A DNA stretch of 29,411 nt from a virus (lineage: Duplodnaviria; Caudoviricetes): IMG/VR virus record IMGVR_UViG_3300022930_000026, positions 1 to 29,411 of that record, one strand, 5' to 3'. The notes beneath the pieces were generated by a model, which worked only from the letters and a program-made list of their open reading frames with translations, searched no databases and was not told the DNA's origin. This document shows, piece by piece, positions 16,811 through 25,116 of the stretch. The number at the start of each line of letters is the position of its first letter. Within the stretch, counting starts at the first letter, position 1. The translations under genes and the position numbers were made by a program.

Positions 16811-17422
16811 TCAAAACTTATATCCTAAACCAAAATATAATATCCTATTATAAGTTGAAACATCATTTTTATATAGATCGTTTAATCCATAGATGTAATT
16901 AGCATCTATAAAAGCGCCTCTGTATATTTCAAATTCTATTCCTGTTGTCAATCCGTAATCTGTTTTTGTAATTTGGTTTGATATATCTAAAGTTTCCTTT
17001 TCATTTATCGATGCAATAGATGCATCTATTTTATAATCAAGTACTGTTCCTATATAACATCCTGCTCGCAATGAAAGTCTATCTGTAAAATAATATTTTG
17101 CGGTGGTAAGTAAATTGAGTTGATTAGAATTATAATCTGCCTTTATTAATACAGGAGCGTCATCTTCATTTTCTCTATATTCGTCTTTGTCTGTTGTATA
17201 TCCAATTTTAATGTAATTTAATTCTGCATTTATTGCAAATTTTGAAAACTTATACTCACCATAAAAACCAAATGAAAAAGATTGCTTTGAATCAACTTTA
17301 AAATAAGAGTCCCTATCAACGGATGTAATTGCAATATATGCTTTTGGGGCAAACTTAAATTGAGAATAGGAAAACGAACATGACATCAAAATAAAGATCA
17401 ATATTATGCTTAATTTTTTCAT
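16811..17422 (-). CDS. Outer-membrane beta-barrel protein (PorT/porin family, OMP_b-brl_2-like)
   Basis: Sec signal peptide, amphipathic beta strands (FSFGFYGEYKF, AELNYIKIG, DYGLTTGIEF, IDANYIYGL) and a C-terminal beta-signal YFGLGYKF. Confidence 0.88.
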   Translation of the reverse strand: MKKLSIILIFILMSCSFSYSQFKFAPKAYIAITSVDRDSYFKVDSKQSFSFGFYGEYKFSKFAINAELNYIKIGYTTDKDEYRENEDDAPVLIKADYNSNQLNLLTTAKYYFTDRLSLRAGCYIGTVLDYKIDASIASINEKETLDISNQITKTDYGLTTGIEFEIYRGAFIDANYIYGLNDLYKNDVSTYNRILYFGLGYKF

Positions 17423-17714
17423 AAAAATGGTGTTTTATTTTATCGCACCATTCCCAAAAGCGAAGTTAGTTTATATTAAAAAAGCGTGGGTCTGTAGCCT
17501 TTATTCAGTCAGAGGCTTCCGACGGCCCACACACAAACAAGTACAACAACACCCACGCCAAAGCGTGAGCATCAGTCTTGTTTAATCGGTGTGTGTGAAA
17601 TTGTCGGAATTCCTGACACGAGTAAACAGCTAACGCTAATATTTTATATCCGATTGATCGGAAACCATTAAAAAGTAATCTAAATCAAGGTAGATGGCTT
17701 GGGGCTATCTCTTG
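17423..17714 (-). ncRNA. Structured 5' leader / candidate cis-regulatory RNA of the OMP gene
   Basis: A long interrupted hairpin at 17483-17637 plus three smaller hairpins, between a -7 box and the OMP start. No sizeable ORF. Confidence 0.65.
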
Positions 17715-17722
17715 CAAATATA
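17715..17722 (-). promoter_or_regulatory. -7 promoter box for the leader and OMP gene
   Basis: Minus-strand TATATTTG, just after the P63C stop codon. Confidence 0.6.
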
Positions 17723-17728
17723 TAAATT

Positions 17729-18721
17729 CTATTCTTTCTTCTTTGGGTTAAAACTCAATCCCTTTTTTAATTTAACATTAAAATCAGATAATTCAATAGT
17801 TCCTTTATCTTCTATTTTCTTTGGCTCAATCATAGATGCGGTTTCATCGTTAAAAAGTTCTTGTTGACCAAATTTTTTATTCCAGAGCTTTTCGAACTGT
17901 TTCCAGTTGTCCGAAACATTCATCAATGTTACCACACTAACTATTTGTTTATTTAGATGATCTATTCCTTCTTCTCGTGTTAAGTTTTGATGTAGTTTGT
18001 GTTTTAGTTTTCCTTTTTCATTTCTACTTGTTCTTTGTAATAAAGCTTGTAATACCCCTTTAGGTAAAGGCTGATAAATGAATTTTTTAGTCCAAGTTCC
18101 TATTATACCAGGCCTACCTGCCTTATTGATCTCAGGAGTAGTAAAATACCAATTATTAAGTCTAAATATTTCCCTGTAAAACTCATCAGGAAATCTTTTT
18201 TTCCATGGTAAAAGTTCTTCACTTATATACCTTTTTAGTATTTTTTGTAATTCATCATTTTCTCTATCATATTGGTATCCTGTAGCTTCATCAACCAAAG
18301 CCATAATACCAATTTTAGAAAGACTCCTTACTAATATCTCTGAAGCCTGAGCTAAAGGTAATTGAGCGGATTTTAATACTTTTTCCTGCCTAGCTTGTAA
18401 ATAAACATCACAAAGTAATGGTATTATTACTGCCTCATATCCTGAATTTGGCTTTCCTTTTATATCCAGATAATCTATCTGTTTGAGCACGCCTCTTAAT
18501 TCCTCATTAATAAAGGGTTGTAGGTTATTTGCATCTATAAAACTAGGCATATTGAGCACCCTTACTTCATCCTTTTTTCTTCCTCTTTTAGTTCTTCCAA
18601 ATGCTCTAAAAACAGCACTACCTGAAATAACTCTTTTTCCGTCCTCTAATACATAACAGTTTAATAGGGACTCTCCAATTACAAGTTCTCCCTCGTGAGT
18701 TGCTTTTAGTAGTTTATCCAT
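17729..18721 (-). CDS. P63C domain protein (phage Mx8 p63 C-terminal family)
   Basis: Hallmarks KATHEGELVIG...CYVLEDGKRVIS and GIMALVDEATGYQYDRENDELQKIL...WKKRFPDEFYREIFRL...KLHQNLT. Overlaps the transposase stop. Confidence 0.88.
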   Translation of the reverse strand: MDKLLKATHEGELVIGESLLNCYVLEDGKRVISGSAVFRAFGRTKRGRKKDEVRVLNMPSFIDANNLQPFINEELRGVLKQIDYLDIKGKPNSGYEAVIIPLLCDVYLQARQEKVLKSAQLPLAQASEILVRSLSKIGIMALVDEATGYQYDRENDELQKILKRYISEELLPWKKRFPDEFYREIFRLNNWYFTTPEINKAGRPGIIGTWTKKFIYQPLPKGVLQALLQRTSRNEKGKLKHKLHQNLTREEGIDHLNKQIVSVVTLMNVSDNWKQFEKLWNKKFGQQELFNDETASMIEPKKIEDKGTIELSDFNVKLKKGLSFNPKKKE

Positions 18722-19640
18722 TTATCAACATTTTATAAGTTATACGATTTTCCATATTCAAAAGTAATTTTGTAAATCTAGTGAATTGTGTTTCTTTTCT
18801 CAAATTGTATCTGAAAACAAATTCGTTTACATATTTCTGCATGTGCTTTCTGCTCCACCAATTATAAATACCGTTGTATCCTCTTTTCAAAATAGACCAA
18901 AATCCCTCTATTGAATTGCTGTGTATTTCTGGATTATCAAAGTCAACATATTGTTTCTTTGAGTGATCAACAATGTGGTGGTCATAATCCGAATGAAGTC
19001 CGTTATATCCCATCCATTCATCAGAAATGAAAACACTGTCCTTTGCAACGTTTCTTCTTATAATTGGCTGTAATGTCTTAGCCTGGGTGTTTGGAACTAC
19101 AAACGCCCTAACATTTCCATCACGTTGCAACAAACCAAGAACCGGAGTCTTATCCTTGAAGCTTCTACCTTGTGACTGTTCAACCTTTTTATCCTTGTGT
19201 CGGTTCTTATTCTTACCGCCTACAAATGTTTCATCAGATTCAATTATACCATCCAACTTATCATTATCATCAAATCCAAAACAGTTTCTGATCCTCTGCA
19301 ACAAAAACCAAGCGGTTTTCTGTGTAACTCCAATTTCATTGCTCAATTGAACCGATGAAATGCCTTTCTTGAACGATGTGCATATCCATATAGCAAGAAA
19401 CCATTTCTGCAACTCTATCTTAGTGTTGTCAAAAATGGTATCCGTTTTAACGTTAAAGTATTTTCCTGTGTTCCTACAACGGTATTTATTACCCTTGCAT
19501 TTGTAAACGCTCGACAAAGAATCAAAAGGGCTTATAACAATTCCCTCCCATCTCAATTCCTCCAAATGATCTATACAGGTTTGTTCGTCAGGAAAAGCCT
19601 TTATTAATTCTAAAACCGTTTTTATATCTTTGTTGAACAT
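18714..19640 (-). CDS. IS1595-family (ISXO2-like) DDE transposase
   Basis: Zn-ribbon-like N-terminus, HTH (GISSVQLSNEIGVTQKTAWFLLQRIR), catalytic ESDETFVGG / SDEW / HSNSIEGFWSILKR and YVNEFVFRYN. Start set at MFNKD (19640), downstream of the promoter box. Confidence 0.93.
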   Translation of the reverse strand: MFNKDIKTVLELIKAFPDEQTCIDHLEELRWEGIVISPFDSLSSVYKCKGNKYRCRNTGKYFNVKTDTIFDNTKIELQKWFLAIWICTSFKKGISSVQLSNEIGVTQKTAWFLLQRIRNCFGFDDNDKLDGIIESDETFVGGKNKNRHKDKKVEQSQGRSFKDKTPVLGLLQRDGNVRAFVVPNTQAKTLQPIIRRNVAKDSVFISDEWMGYNGLHSDYDHHIVDHSKKQYVDFDNPEIHSNSIEGFWSILKRGYNGIYNWWSRKHMQKYVNEFVFRYNLRKETQFTRFTKLLLNMENRITYKMLING

Positions 19641-19662
19641 TTTACCGTTTTTAATAACAGCA

Positions 19663-19692
19663 CAAATATAGTAGATAAATACACAAAACAAA
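19663..19692 (-). promoter_or_regulatory. Transposase promoter (-7 and -33 boxes)
   Basis: Minus-strand TATATTTG (19663-70) and TTTG (19689-92), 18-nt spacer, just inside the inverted repeat. Confidence 0.6.
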
Positions 19693-19702
19693 AATTATTG
19701 TT

Positions 19703-19725
19703 GTGTAATTTTATATATATTTACC
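19703..19725. repeat. IS terminal inverted repeat (transposase-upstream end)
   Basis: Partner of 16729-16751; it also supplies the TAA of the neighbouring phage gene. Confidence 0.85.
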
Positions 19726-20176
19726 TTTGGTATTTGGTTATAGCGGATTCAGTTAGGGTTAAATTTCGTTTGGCTAGGTTTTCAATATATTTTGAATTGG
19801 AATAAATCCTCCAATAATTTGCCTCTTTTATAAAAATATCCGCAACAGTTTCTTGAAACCATCCTTCATTATCATATTCTCTTTTTTCTATCTGAAACCC
19901 CTCAAATATTACATTCTGTAAAGCTTCATCATATCTAACTTTTCTAGTACTATAATTTAACGCATCAGTTGTATTTTGTCTTATTATTGGCTCTTCTAAA
20001 ACATTACCATCTTCATCTACTGGAATAAACATTCCAAGCGTTAAAGGCATTGAAAGAAATTTGGCGTAATTCCAAACTCTTTCTCTAAATTCTTCTGAGG
20101 TGATTTCTTCTTTTAAGAACAAATTGTATTGCTCCAAAACATAATCTACCATTGATTTTAAAATCCTTTTTTCCAT
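19721..20176 (-). CDS. Hypothetical phage protein, C-terminus clipped by the IS
   Basis: 151 aa (NYAKFLSMPLTLGMFIPVDEDGNVLEEP). The final A-GG TAA comes from the IS repeat. Confidence 0.75.
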   Translation of the reverse strand: MEKRILKSMVDYVLEQYNLFLKEEITSEEFRERVWNYAKFLSMPLTLGMFIPVDEDGNVLEEPIIRQNTTDALNYSTRKVRYDEALQNVIFEGFQIEKREYDNEGWFQETVADIFIKEANYWRIYSNSKYIENLAKRNLTLTESAITKYQR

Positions 20177-20181
20177 AACTA

Positions 20182-20283
20182 TTATTTTTTACCAATTATA
20201 CCGTTTGTCAATTGCTCTAAACTCTCATCCTGAATCCTTTTTATTAATTCAGTATCCGTTTCCTTTAAACTGTTATTTTTCAT
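20182..20283 (-). CDS. Possible 33-aa peptide
   Basis: MKNNSLKETDTELIKRIQDESLEQLTNGIIGKK; fits the gap with 2-5 nt spacing. Confidence 0.45.
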   Translation of the reverse strand: MKNNSLKETDTELIKRIQDESLEQLTNGIIGKK

Positions 20284-20285
20284 AA

Positions 20286-20633
20286 TTATTTATGATTTAA
20301 AACTTTGTTCATAATTCCTTCAATTGCTTTTGGATTTAGCCTATGCGCTTCCATCAAACTTGCCAAAAATATCAATTCATCAAGTCTATATTTCGTAATA
20401 AACTCCACAACTTTCTCAACGTGGAAAACACAACTCACAACCATATCCGGATTTTCTTCAAATAAGCGCGTGTATTCCTTTAATTGGATTGGTTCAAGGT
20501 ATTTTGTCACGGCTTGCAGTTTTGGCCTTAATTGACCCTTATAATGCACTGAACCGATCAAAGCCTCGTTCTTTTCCAATGCAAGCTGATTGAATATAAT
20601 TGCCGATAGCACGTCTAATGTTTTACTTTCCAT
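20286..20633 (-). CDS. Hypothetical protein
   Basis: 115 aa helical ORF in the operon. Confidence 0.7.
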   Translation of the reverse strand: MESKTLDVLSAIIFNQLALEKNEALIGSVHYKGQLRPKLQAVTKYLEPIQLKEYTRLFEENPDMVVSCVFHVEKVVEFITKYRLDELIFLASLMEAHRLNPKAIEGIMNKVLNHK

Positions 20634-20645
20634 TTTATTAATTTA

Positions 20646-21056
20646 TTAATCGTTCCATTGTCCGTGCCCATAATCATCCTCATATGGGTCAACGTTATAA
20701 ACTGGTTCATCAAATTCGTCGTAAGCTACGCCATCCATAATCCTATAACCTTCGCTTGTTATTCCTGAAATTCTACCTGAACCAAAAACACTTGGTGCGA
20801 TTTCTCCAAACATTTTATTATTTAGATAAATTTGTCTATGTACTGGCAACGAAGCGAAATCTTCATCAGTCATTTTTCCTTCCCTTATTCTGTTGTTTCT
20901 TTCAACTGTTTGAATGTTATAATTTGGACGTGCCTTTTCTCTTTTTTTAGCTGAACAAGATTTTGAACAACATTTTCCCCAACCTCTTTTTATATCGGCT
21001 GTTTTTGCGTGATACTCATTACCACAATTATCACAATTTCTTTTTATAGTTGCCAT
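20646..21056 (-). CDS. Zinc-finger-like phage protein
   Basis: CDNC...DIKRGWGKCCSKSC N-terminus and an acidic C-terminal tail. Confidence 0.7.
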   Translation of the reverse strand: MATIKRNCDNCGNEYHAKTADIKRGWGKCCSKSCSAKKREKARPNYNIQTVERNNRIREGKMTDEDFASLPVHRQIYLNNKMFGEIAPSVFGSGRISGITSEGYRIMDGVAYDEFDEPVYNVDPYEDDYGHGQWND

Positions 21057-21134
21057 ATTTTGTATTAATATTTATTTTGTAAATGTAAATATAATTTTAA
21101 TATAAACTAATATTATTTTAATTATTTTTAAAAT

Positions 21135-21158
21135 AAAAAAAACCTACTCGAAAGTAGG
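21135..21158 (-). terminator. Intrinsic terminator after ssb
   Basis: Minus-strand RNA CCUACU-UUCG-AGUAGG-U8. Confidence 0.85.
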
Positions 21159-21173
21159 CTTGTGATTATTGGG

Positions 21174-21599
21174 TTAAAACGGAAGGTCAGAAGTGTCATC
21201 CTCAATTTTACTTACTGTTTCATTAATCGGTTCAGATTGTGCAACTGGATTGGCATTACCAACACCCGAAGCATTACTTTCATTTTTTGAACCTAACAAC
21301 TGAATGTTATTTACGGTTATTCCCATCGTTACAATTGTTTCTCCATTTGAATTAACCCAACTTCTTGCATTCGGTATTCCACTAACAAAAACCTGCGTTC
21401 CCTTTTTTAAATAAGGCGCTATTTGCGTTTGATTACCCCATTTTGCACATTCATACCAAGTGGTTTTAGAAACCTTTACACCCTCTTTATTAGTGTAATT
21501 CTCATAAACAGCAACACTAAAGTTTATCACTTGGTTGTTGTTAAAATCTTTCATTTCGGCATCGTTTCCTATATGCCCGATAATTTCTATTCTTTGCAT
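21174..21599 (-). CDS. ssb: Single-stranded DNA-binding protein
   Basis: OB fold (IIGHIGNDAE, FSVAV, TTWYECAKWG, YLKKGTQVFVSG) and an acidic tail DDTSDLPF. Confidence 0.93.
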   Translation of the reverse strand: MQRIEIIGHIGNDAEMKDFNNNQVINFSVAVYENYTNKEGVKVSKTTWYECAKWGNQTQIAPYLKKGTQVFVSGIPNARSWVNSNGETIVTMGITVNNIQLLGSKNESNASGVGNANPVAQSEPINETVSKIEDDTSDLPF

Positions 21600-21631
21600 T
21601 GTCTATTATATTTATTGGTTAATTGTTCTAT

Positions 21632-21826
21632 TTAAAAAAGTGATAATTGTTTTGGTTTTTGCCATTCTGCCAGTCATGTACTCAAATCTATCAAATCAAC
21701 GAAAACGCTATCCGTTACCCAATGACCGCATTTAAAATGGTAAATACTGCCTCGTTTTTCTTTTATCTAAAATACCCTTTCGTTTTTTGGTTCTGGATAT
21801 TTATATAGTTTTCGTTTCTTTGGCAT
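21632..21826 (-). pseudogene. Small gene with two in-frame stops (TAG 21767-69, TGA 21674-76)
   Basis: A single frame reads MPKKRKLYKYPEPKNERVF*IKEKRGSIYHFKCGHWVTDSVFVDLIDLST*LAEWQKPKQLSLF*. It fills the gap between the NinG-like gene and ssb. Confidence 0.7.
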
Positions 21827-21830
21827 AATT

Positions 21831-22499
21831 CTACTCTTTTGGTTTACCGTAAATTCCTATTTCAGTATTAAACGCCTCTCTTAACGCTACTCTTTCTTGT
21901 ATCGAAAATTCTCTGTCTTGCAATTTCAACCATTTTAGTATGCCTCTGCAAACTGATATTTTAATGATTATTTCATCTATCGTAAGATTAATTGATTTTA
22001 TTGATTTTAAAGCCTCAATACGGTCTAAAAATTCATTTCCGTATAATCTTCTCAATCCCTCTTTAAATTCTATTGGCTCGCCTCCTTTTGATCCATTTGA
22101 TGCAAAATCTTGACCCCAAATGTTTAGTAAATGGAATCTCAAAGTTTCATTAGCTCCGATTCCAATAAAATGCCCTGCTGTCATCATTTTCATTGGTTTG
22201 TTTCCGCAAATGCAATTGTGACCTTTATCAAGTTCCCTAACGATATAATTTATTTCTTTTTGCAAATTGGCTTTATATACTGAAAGTGTTTTTTCTTTAG
22301 GAATTAACTTATTTGTTTTACTCACTTTGTTGATTGGCTTTTTCAATTTTAAATCCACACCTTTAACCGCTACTTGGCAGGGATAAGAACAATATTTTTG
22401 TAGTGAATTTTGCTTTTTAAATTGCTTTCCTGATTCTTTTGAATATTCATCACAATTAGGATTATCGCAATGGCGGTGGGTTTTTACTTTTATTGCCAT
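21831..22499 (-). CDS. NinG/Rap-like recombination endonuclease
   Basis: QKYCSYPC N-terminus, then LQKEINYIVRELD...CICG...AGHF...LRFHLLNIWGQ...N, matching the lambda NinG layout. Confidence 0.75.
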   Translation of the reverse strand: MAIKVKTHRHCDNPNCDEYSKESGKQFKKQNSLQKYCSYPCQVAVKGVDLKLKKPINKVSKTNKLIPKEKTLSVYKANLQKEINYIVRELDKGHNCICGNKPMKMMTAGHFIGIGANETLRFHLLNIWGQDFASNGSKGGEPIEFKEGLRRLYGNEFLDRIEALKSIKSINLTIDEIIIKISVCRGILKWLKLQDREFSIQERVALREAFNTEIGIYGKPKE

Positions 22500-22550
22500 T
22501 TTTGGTAGGTTTTAAATTAGGGTTGCATCCGTAAACACAACCCATAATTA

Positions 22551-23120
22551 TTAGACTGCTTTTAAATTATTCAAACCGCCCTCATCCTTTTTTTCGGTAA
22601 ACAAATCATTTGCTCGTTTACCTTGATAAATGAATGCAAAAACCTCTTTTTTCAGTTCCTCACAAATTGCATCGAGTTCGTTGTTAAATTCCTCGTCCAT
22701 TTCTTCATCGTTAAACGTAATTGTTGGAGTTGAGCCAATTGGAACAGTTCCTTTTTCACAAATCAAATTACCTTTAATCTTGATTCCCTCGTATTCGTCT
22801 GAACCAACAAATGAAATTGCCTTTACTTGGCATCTCTCATATTCCTCTAAACAACCGTGAACAGCCTTTTTAAGAGCTTCCTCGTTTTTTCGATTGTTCT
22901 CCCTTGCAAACTCAAATCCTTTCGTCAAATCCAAAGAAACAGCCATAGCCTTGCTGAACTTCTTGATAGTTAATATTAAGTCCTCCGACGGCAAAGAATC
23001 GCTTTCCACGCTTAACAAATCATTCCGCTTGGTCAAATCATACCAATCTACGGTAATCAGGTTTTTGGAGTTGATGGCGATACGCTCCAATCCAAAGTTT
23101 TTAAAATCAATTGGTTTCAT
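22551..23120 (-). CDS. Hypothetical acidic phage protein
   Basis: 189 aa ORF; no recognised motif. Confidence 0.7.
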   Translation of the reverse strand: MKPIDFKNFGLERIAINSKNLITVDWYDLTKRNDLLSVESDSLPSEDLILTIKKFSKAMAVSLDLTKGFEFARENNRKNEEALKKAVHGCLEEYERCQVKAISFVGSDEYEGIKIKGNLICEKGTVPIGSTPTITFNDEEMDEEFNNELDAICEELKKEVFAFIYQGKRANDLFTEKKDEGGLNNLKAV

Positions 23121-23138
23121 AAAAAATATATTTAATGT

Positions 23139-24044
23139 TTATAAATTACTTAAAATTTCCTTGTAACTATTTTCTGAAAAGTTAATTTCTTTTTCGGTTG
23201 GACTTCTTTGTAAATCATTTGTTCCGCAATATCCGTTACAATCCACTAATGGTTCAACTTTGCATTCTGGCATTTCGTCAATACATTTTATTTCGGGATA
23301 ATCTTTATTTTTAACCAAAAACACCAGATTTGCTTTAGGGTTTATTTTAGCTTTTGCGGTCGCTTCCTTGCTTTGGTCTTTTAGCATAGTTACGGGTTCT
23401 CCTGCTAATTTCGTAAGTTGGTGTTCAATTACTGCCATTCTTAAAAACTTGAAATAAAAGTCACGTTTCATTTTTTGCCAATATCCAATACCGCCTTGAA
23501 CGCAACCAGTTCCAAAACAATTATTATTAAGAAATCCTAAATAGTACATCAATGGAATTGCTATAAATTCATTTCTCAAATATTCAATGCAATCTTTTTT
23601 TGATAGTCCGTGAAGCATTAAAGTAAATATCCCTTTAGCGTTTGGATGGTTTTTAACCAACCCAATAACCCTTTTTGATTCTGAAATATCAAATCCAAAT
23701 ACCTGATGAACATAATTAAAATTGTTTTCCTTTTCCCATTTCTCACGAACTAATCTTTTTAATTGTGTAGAACATATTGCACCTGTCGAAACGTTTAAGG
23801 ACTTGAACGCAAACCAAACATCTTGAATTCTTTTATATTCTGAACCAATTCCAGAAATGGTTTCTATTTCTATACCATACCATTTTTGACAATCATCTTT
23901 AAATCGGTAAGTATCTGGATGTTCATTAAATGTATCTATAAAAATAATCCTAATTCTATCATTTCCGAATAATTCAATTGCCAGCCAAATTGCAACGGCA
24001 CTTGTTACACCACCACTCCACCAACAAATTATATCTTTTTTCAT
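23139..24044 (-). CDS. PP-loop adenine nucleotide alpha-hydrolase (PAPS-reductase-like) protein
   Basis: N-terminal WWSGGVTSAVA PP-loop, IDTFNEHPDTYRF, CSTQLKR, Cys cluster NNNCFGTGCVQGG and C-terminal CNGYC. Confidence 0.8.
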   Translation of the reverse strand: MKKDIICWWSGGVTSAVAIWLAIELFGNDRIRIIFIDTFNEHPDTYRFKDDCQKWYGIEIETISGIGSEYKRIQDVWFAFKSLNVSTGAICSTQLKRLVREKWEKENNFNYVHQVFGFDISESKRVIGLVKNHPNAKGIFTLMLHGLSKKDCIEYLRNEFIAIPLMYYLGFLNNNCFGTGCVQGGIGYWQKMKRDFYFKFLRMAVIEHQLTKLAGEPVTMLKDQSKEATAKAKINPKANLVFLVKNKDYPEIKCIDEMPECKVEPLVDCNGYCGTNDLQRSPTEKEINFSENSYKEILSNL

Positions 24045-24050
24045 TTTATA

Positions 24051-24581
24051 CTATTTAAAAAATAAAGGCATTTCCATTTGAGTACTCTTTACACGCCCGA
24101 AAATCCTGATTATCATTTTGTGTTCTCCGTGTTTAAAAATCATATTCAATCCACAAAAGTACTTTGTATTATCATCTGGAATTGTATTTGTTGTAATGAT
24201 TTCCTTTTTTCGTTTGATTCCGTTTTCAATCTGGCGTTGTGTTGGCGTTTTGAGTACATCCAAAAGAAGCTTTGCCCAGTAGCCTAATTTATTATCGAGG
24301 TCAATATGACTTGTTTTATGGTACTCCATTTCTAAAGCCATTTTTTCAAGTTCTGGCAACCCTTGTAAATGACCAAATAAAAACTGTTTTGTTTCTTGAA
24401 TAATTTTAGACGTTATATGATAAGACGTTCGATCAGCATAGAACAAATTATTTGTGAGGTAAAAATCCATCTTTTCAACTAACTTTCCATCCTTATCAAA
24501 TTTAGGCTTTTTATATTTCAAAGTCCATTTTGTTGGAGGCTCGTTAATCACTATTTCCTTAATCAATACTAAATCATTCAT
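24051..24581 (-). CDS. RusA-like Holliday junction resolvase
   Basis: DLDNKLGYWAKLLLDVL...IPDDN matches the RusA D-x-D-N...K-x-x-x-D-x-L...DD catalytic pattern. Confidence 0.65.
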   Translation of the reverse strand: MNDLVLIKEIVINEPPTKWTLKYKKPKFDKDGKLVEKMDFYLTNNLFYADRTSYHITSKIIQETKQFLFGHLQGLPELEKMALEMEYHKTSHIDLDNKLGYWAKLLLDVLKTPTQRQIENGIKRKKEIITTNTIPDDNTKYFCGLNMIFKHGEHKMIIRIFGRVKSTQMEMPLFFK

Positions 24582-25111
24582 ACGCTTGAATTATTAAAAA
24601 GTTGATTTGCTTCATCCATCAAAGAATTGAATACAGTTTCGTGCAATTGCTCTTTTAAAATCTCTACAACGAAATCACATCTTTTCTTTTTCTTTTTATT
24701 TAAAATCGTTCGCCTCTTTTTCAAGCATTCATTAAGATATCCAAACATCCAATGCTTGCCATTTTGTCCCATTGCTTTTATTAGCTTCAATTCGCTTTTG
24801 TCAACATCGTCAATTTGCATTTTTTCAATTGAATTATCATCAAAACCCAATTCTAAAATAGCATCATCAAATGATTTTTTTACAGCATCTTTTTTTGACG
24901 GAATCACTTTAGTAATTTCAACAACCCTTTCAATAATTTTAACAGGTTGGTTTTCTAATAAATGTTTTAATTCGTCAATTTCTGATTTCAATTGACCAAT
25001 CTCAATACCTCGTTCTTGGCAAACTCTGATTAAAAATTTCCAAAGTTCATCATCACTATATTTTCTATAAATGGATAATAATGTTTTGTTTTCGTGTTTT
25101 GATAATTCCAT
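24578..25111 (-). CDS. Hypothetical coiled-coil protein
   Basis: 177 aa with an ATGA overlap with the downstream gene. Confidence 0.7.
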   Translation of the reverse strand: MELSKHENKTLLSIYRKYSDDELWKFLIRVCQERGIEIGQLKSEIDELKHLLENQPVKIIERVVEITKVIPSKKDAVKKSFDDAILELGFDDNSIEKMQIDDVDKSELKLIKAMGQNGKHWMFGYLNECLKKRRTILNKKKKKRCDFVVEILKEQLHETVFNSLMDEANQLFNNSSV

Positions 25112-25116
25112 GATTA

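Larger units (their letters stand above)
16729..19725 (-). mobile_element. IS1595-family element with passenger genes (transporter IS), 2997 bp
   Basis: Terminal inverted repeats ggtaaatatatattattttacac (16729-51) and gtgtaattttatatatatttacc (19703-25) match at 20/23. They enclose the transposase, P63C gene, structured leader, OMP gene and a terminator. Confidence 0.88.

Noticed and set aside
19641-19691. N-terminal extension of the transposase in the ORF track (MFCVFIYY...)
   Set aside because: It overlaps the promoter boxes; the ATG at 19640 fits better.
2276-21826. Genome-wide stop-codon reassignment as the explanation for internal stops
   Set aside because: The internal stops are of all three types. 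TAA, TAG and TGA all end normal genes here, often overlapping the next start, and the large genes are uninterrupted in the standard code.
22515-22548. Hairpin gggttg/caaccc between genes as a terminator
   Set aside because: Short stem with no clear U-tract on the coding strand.
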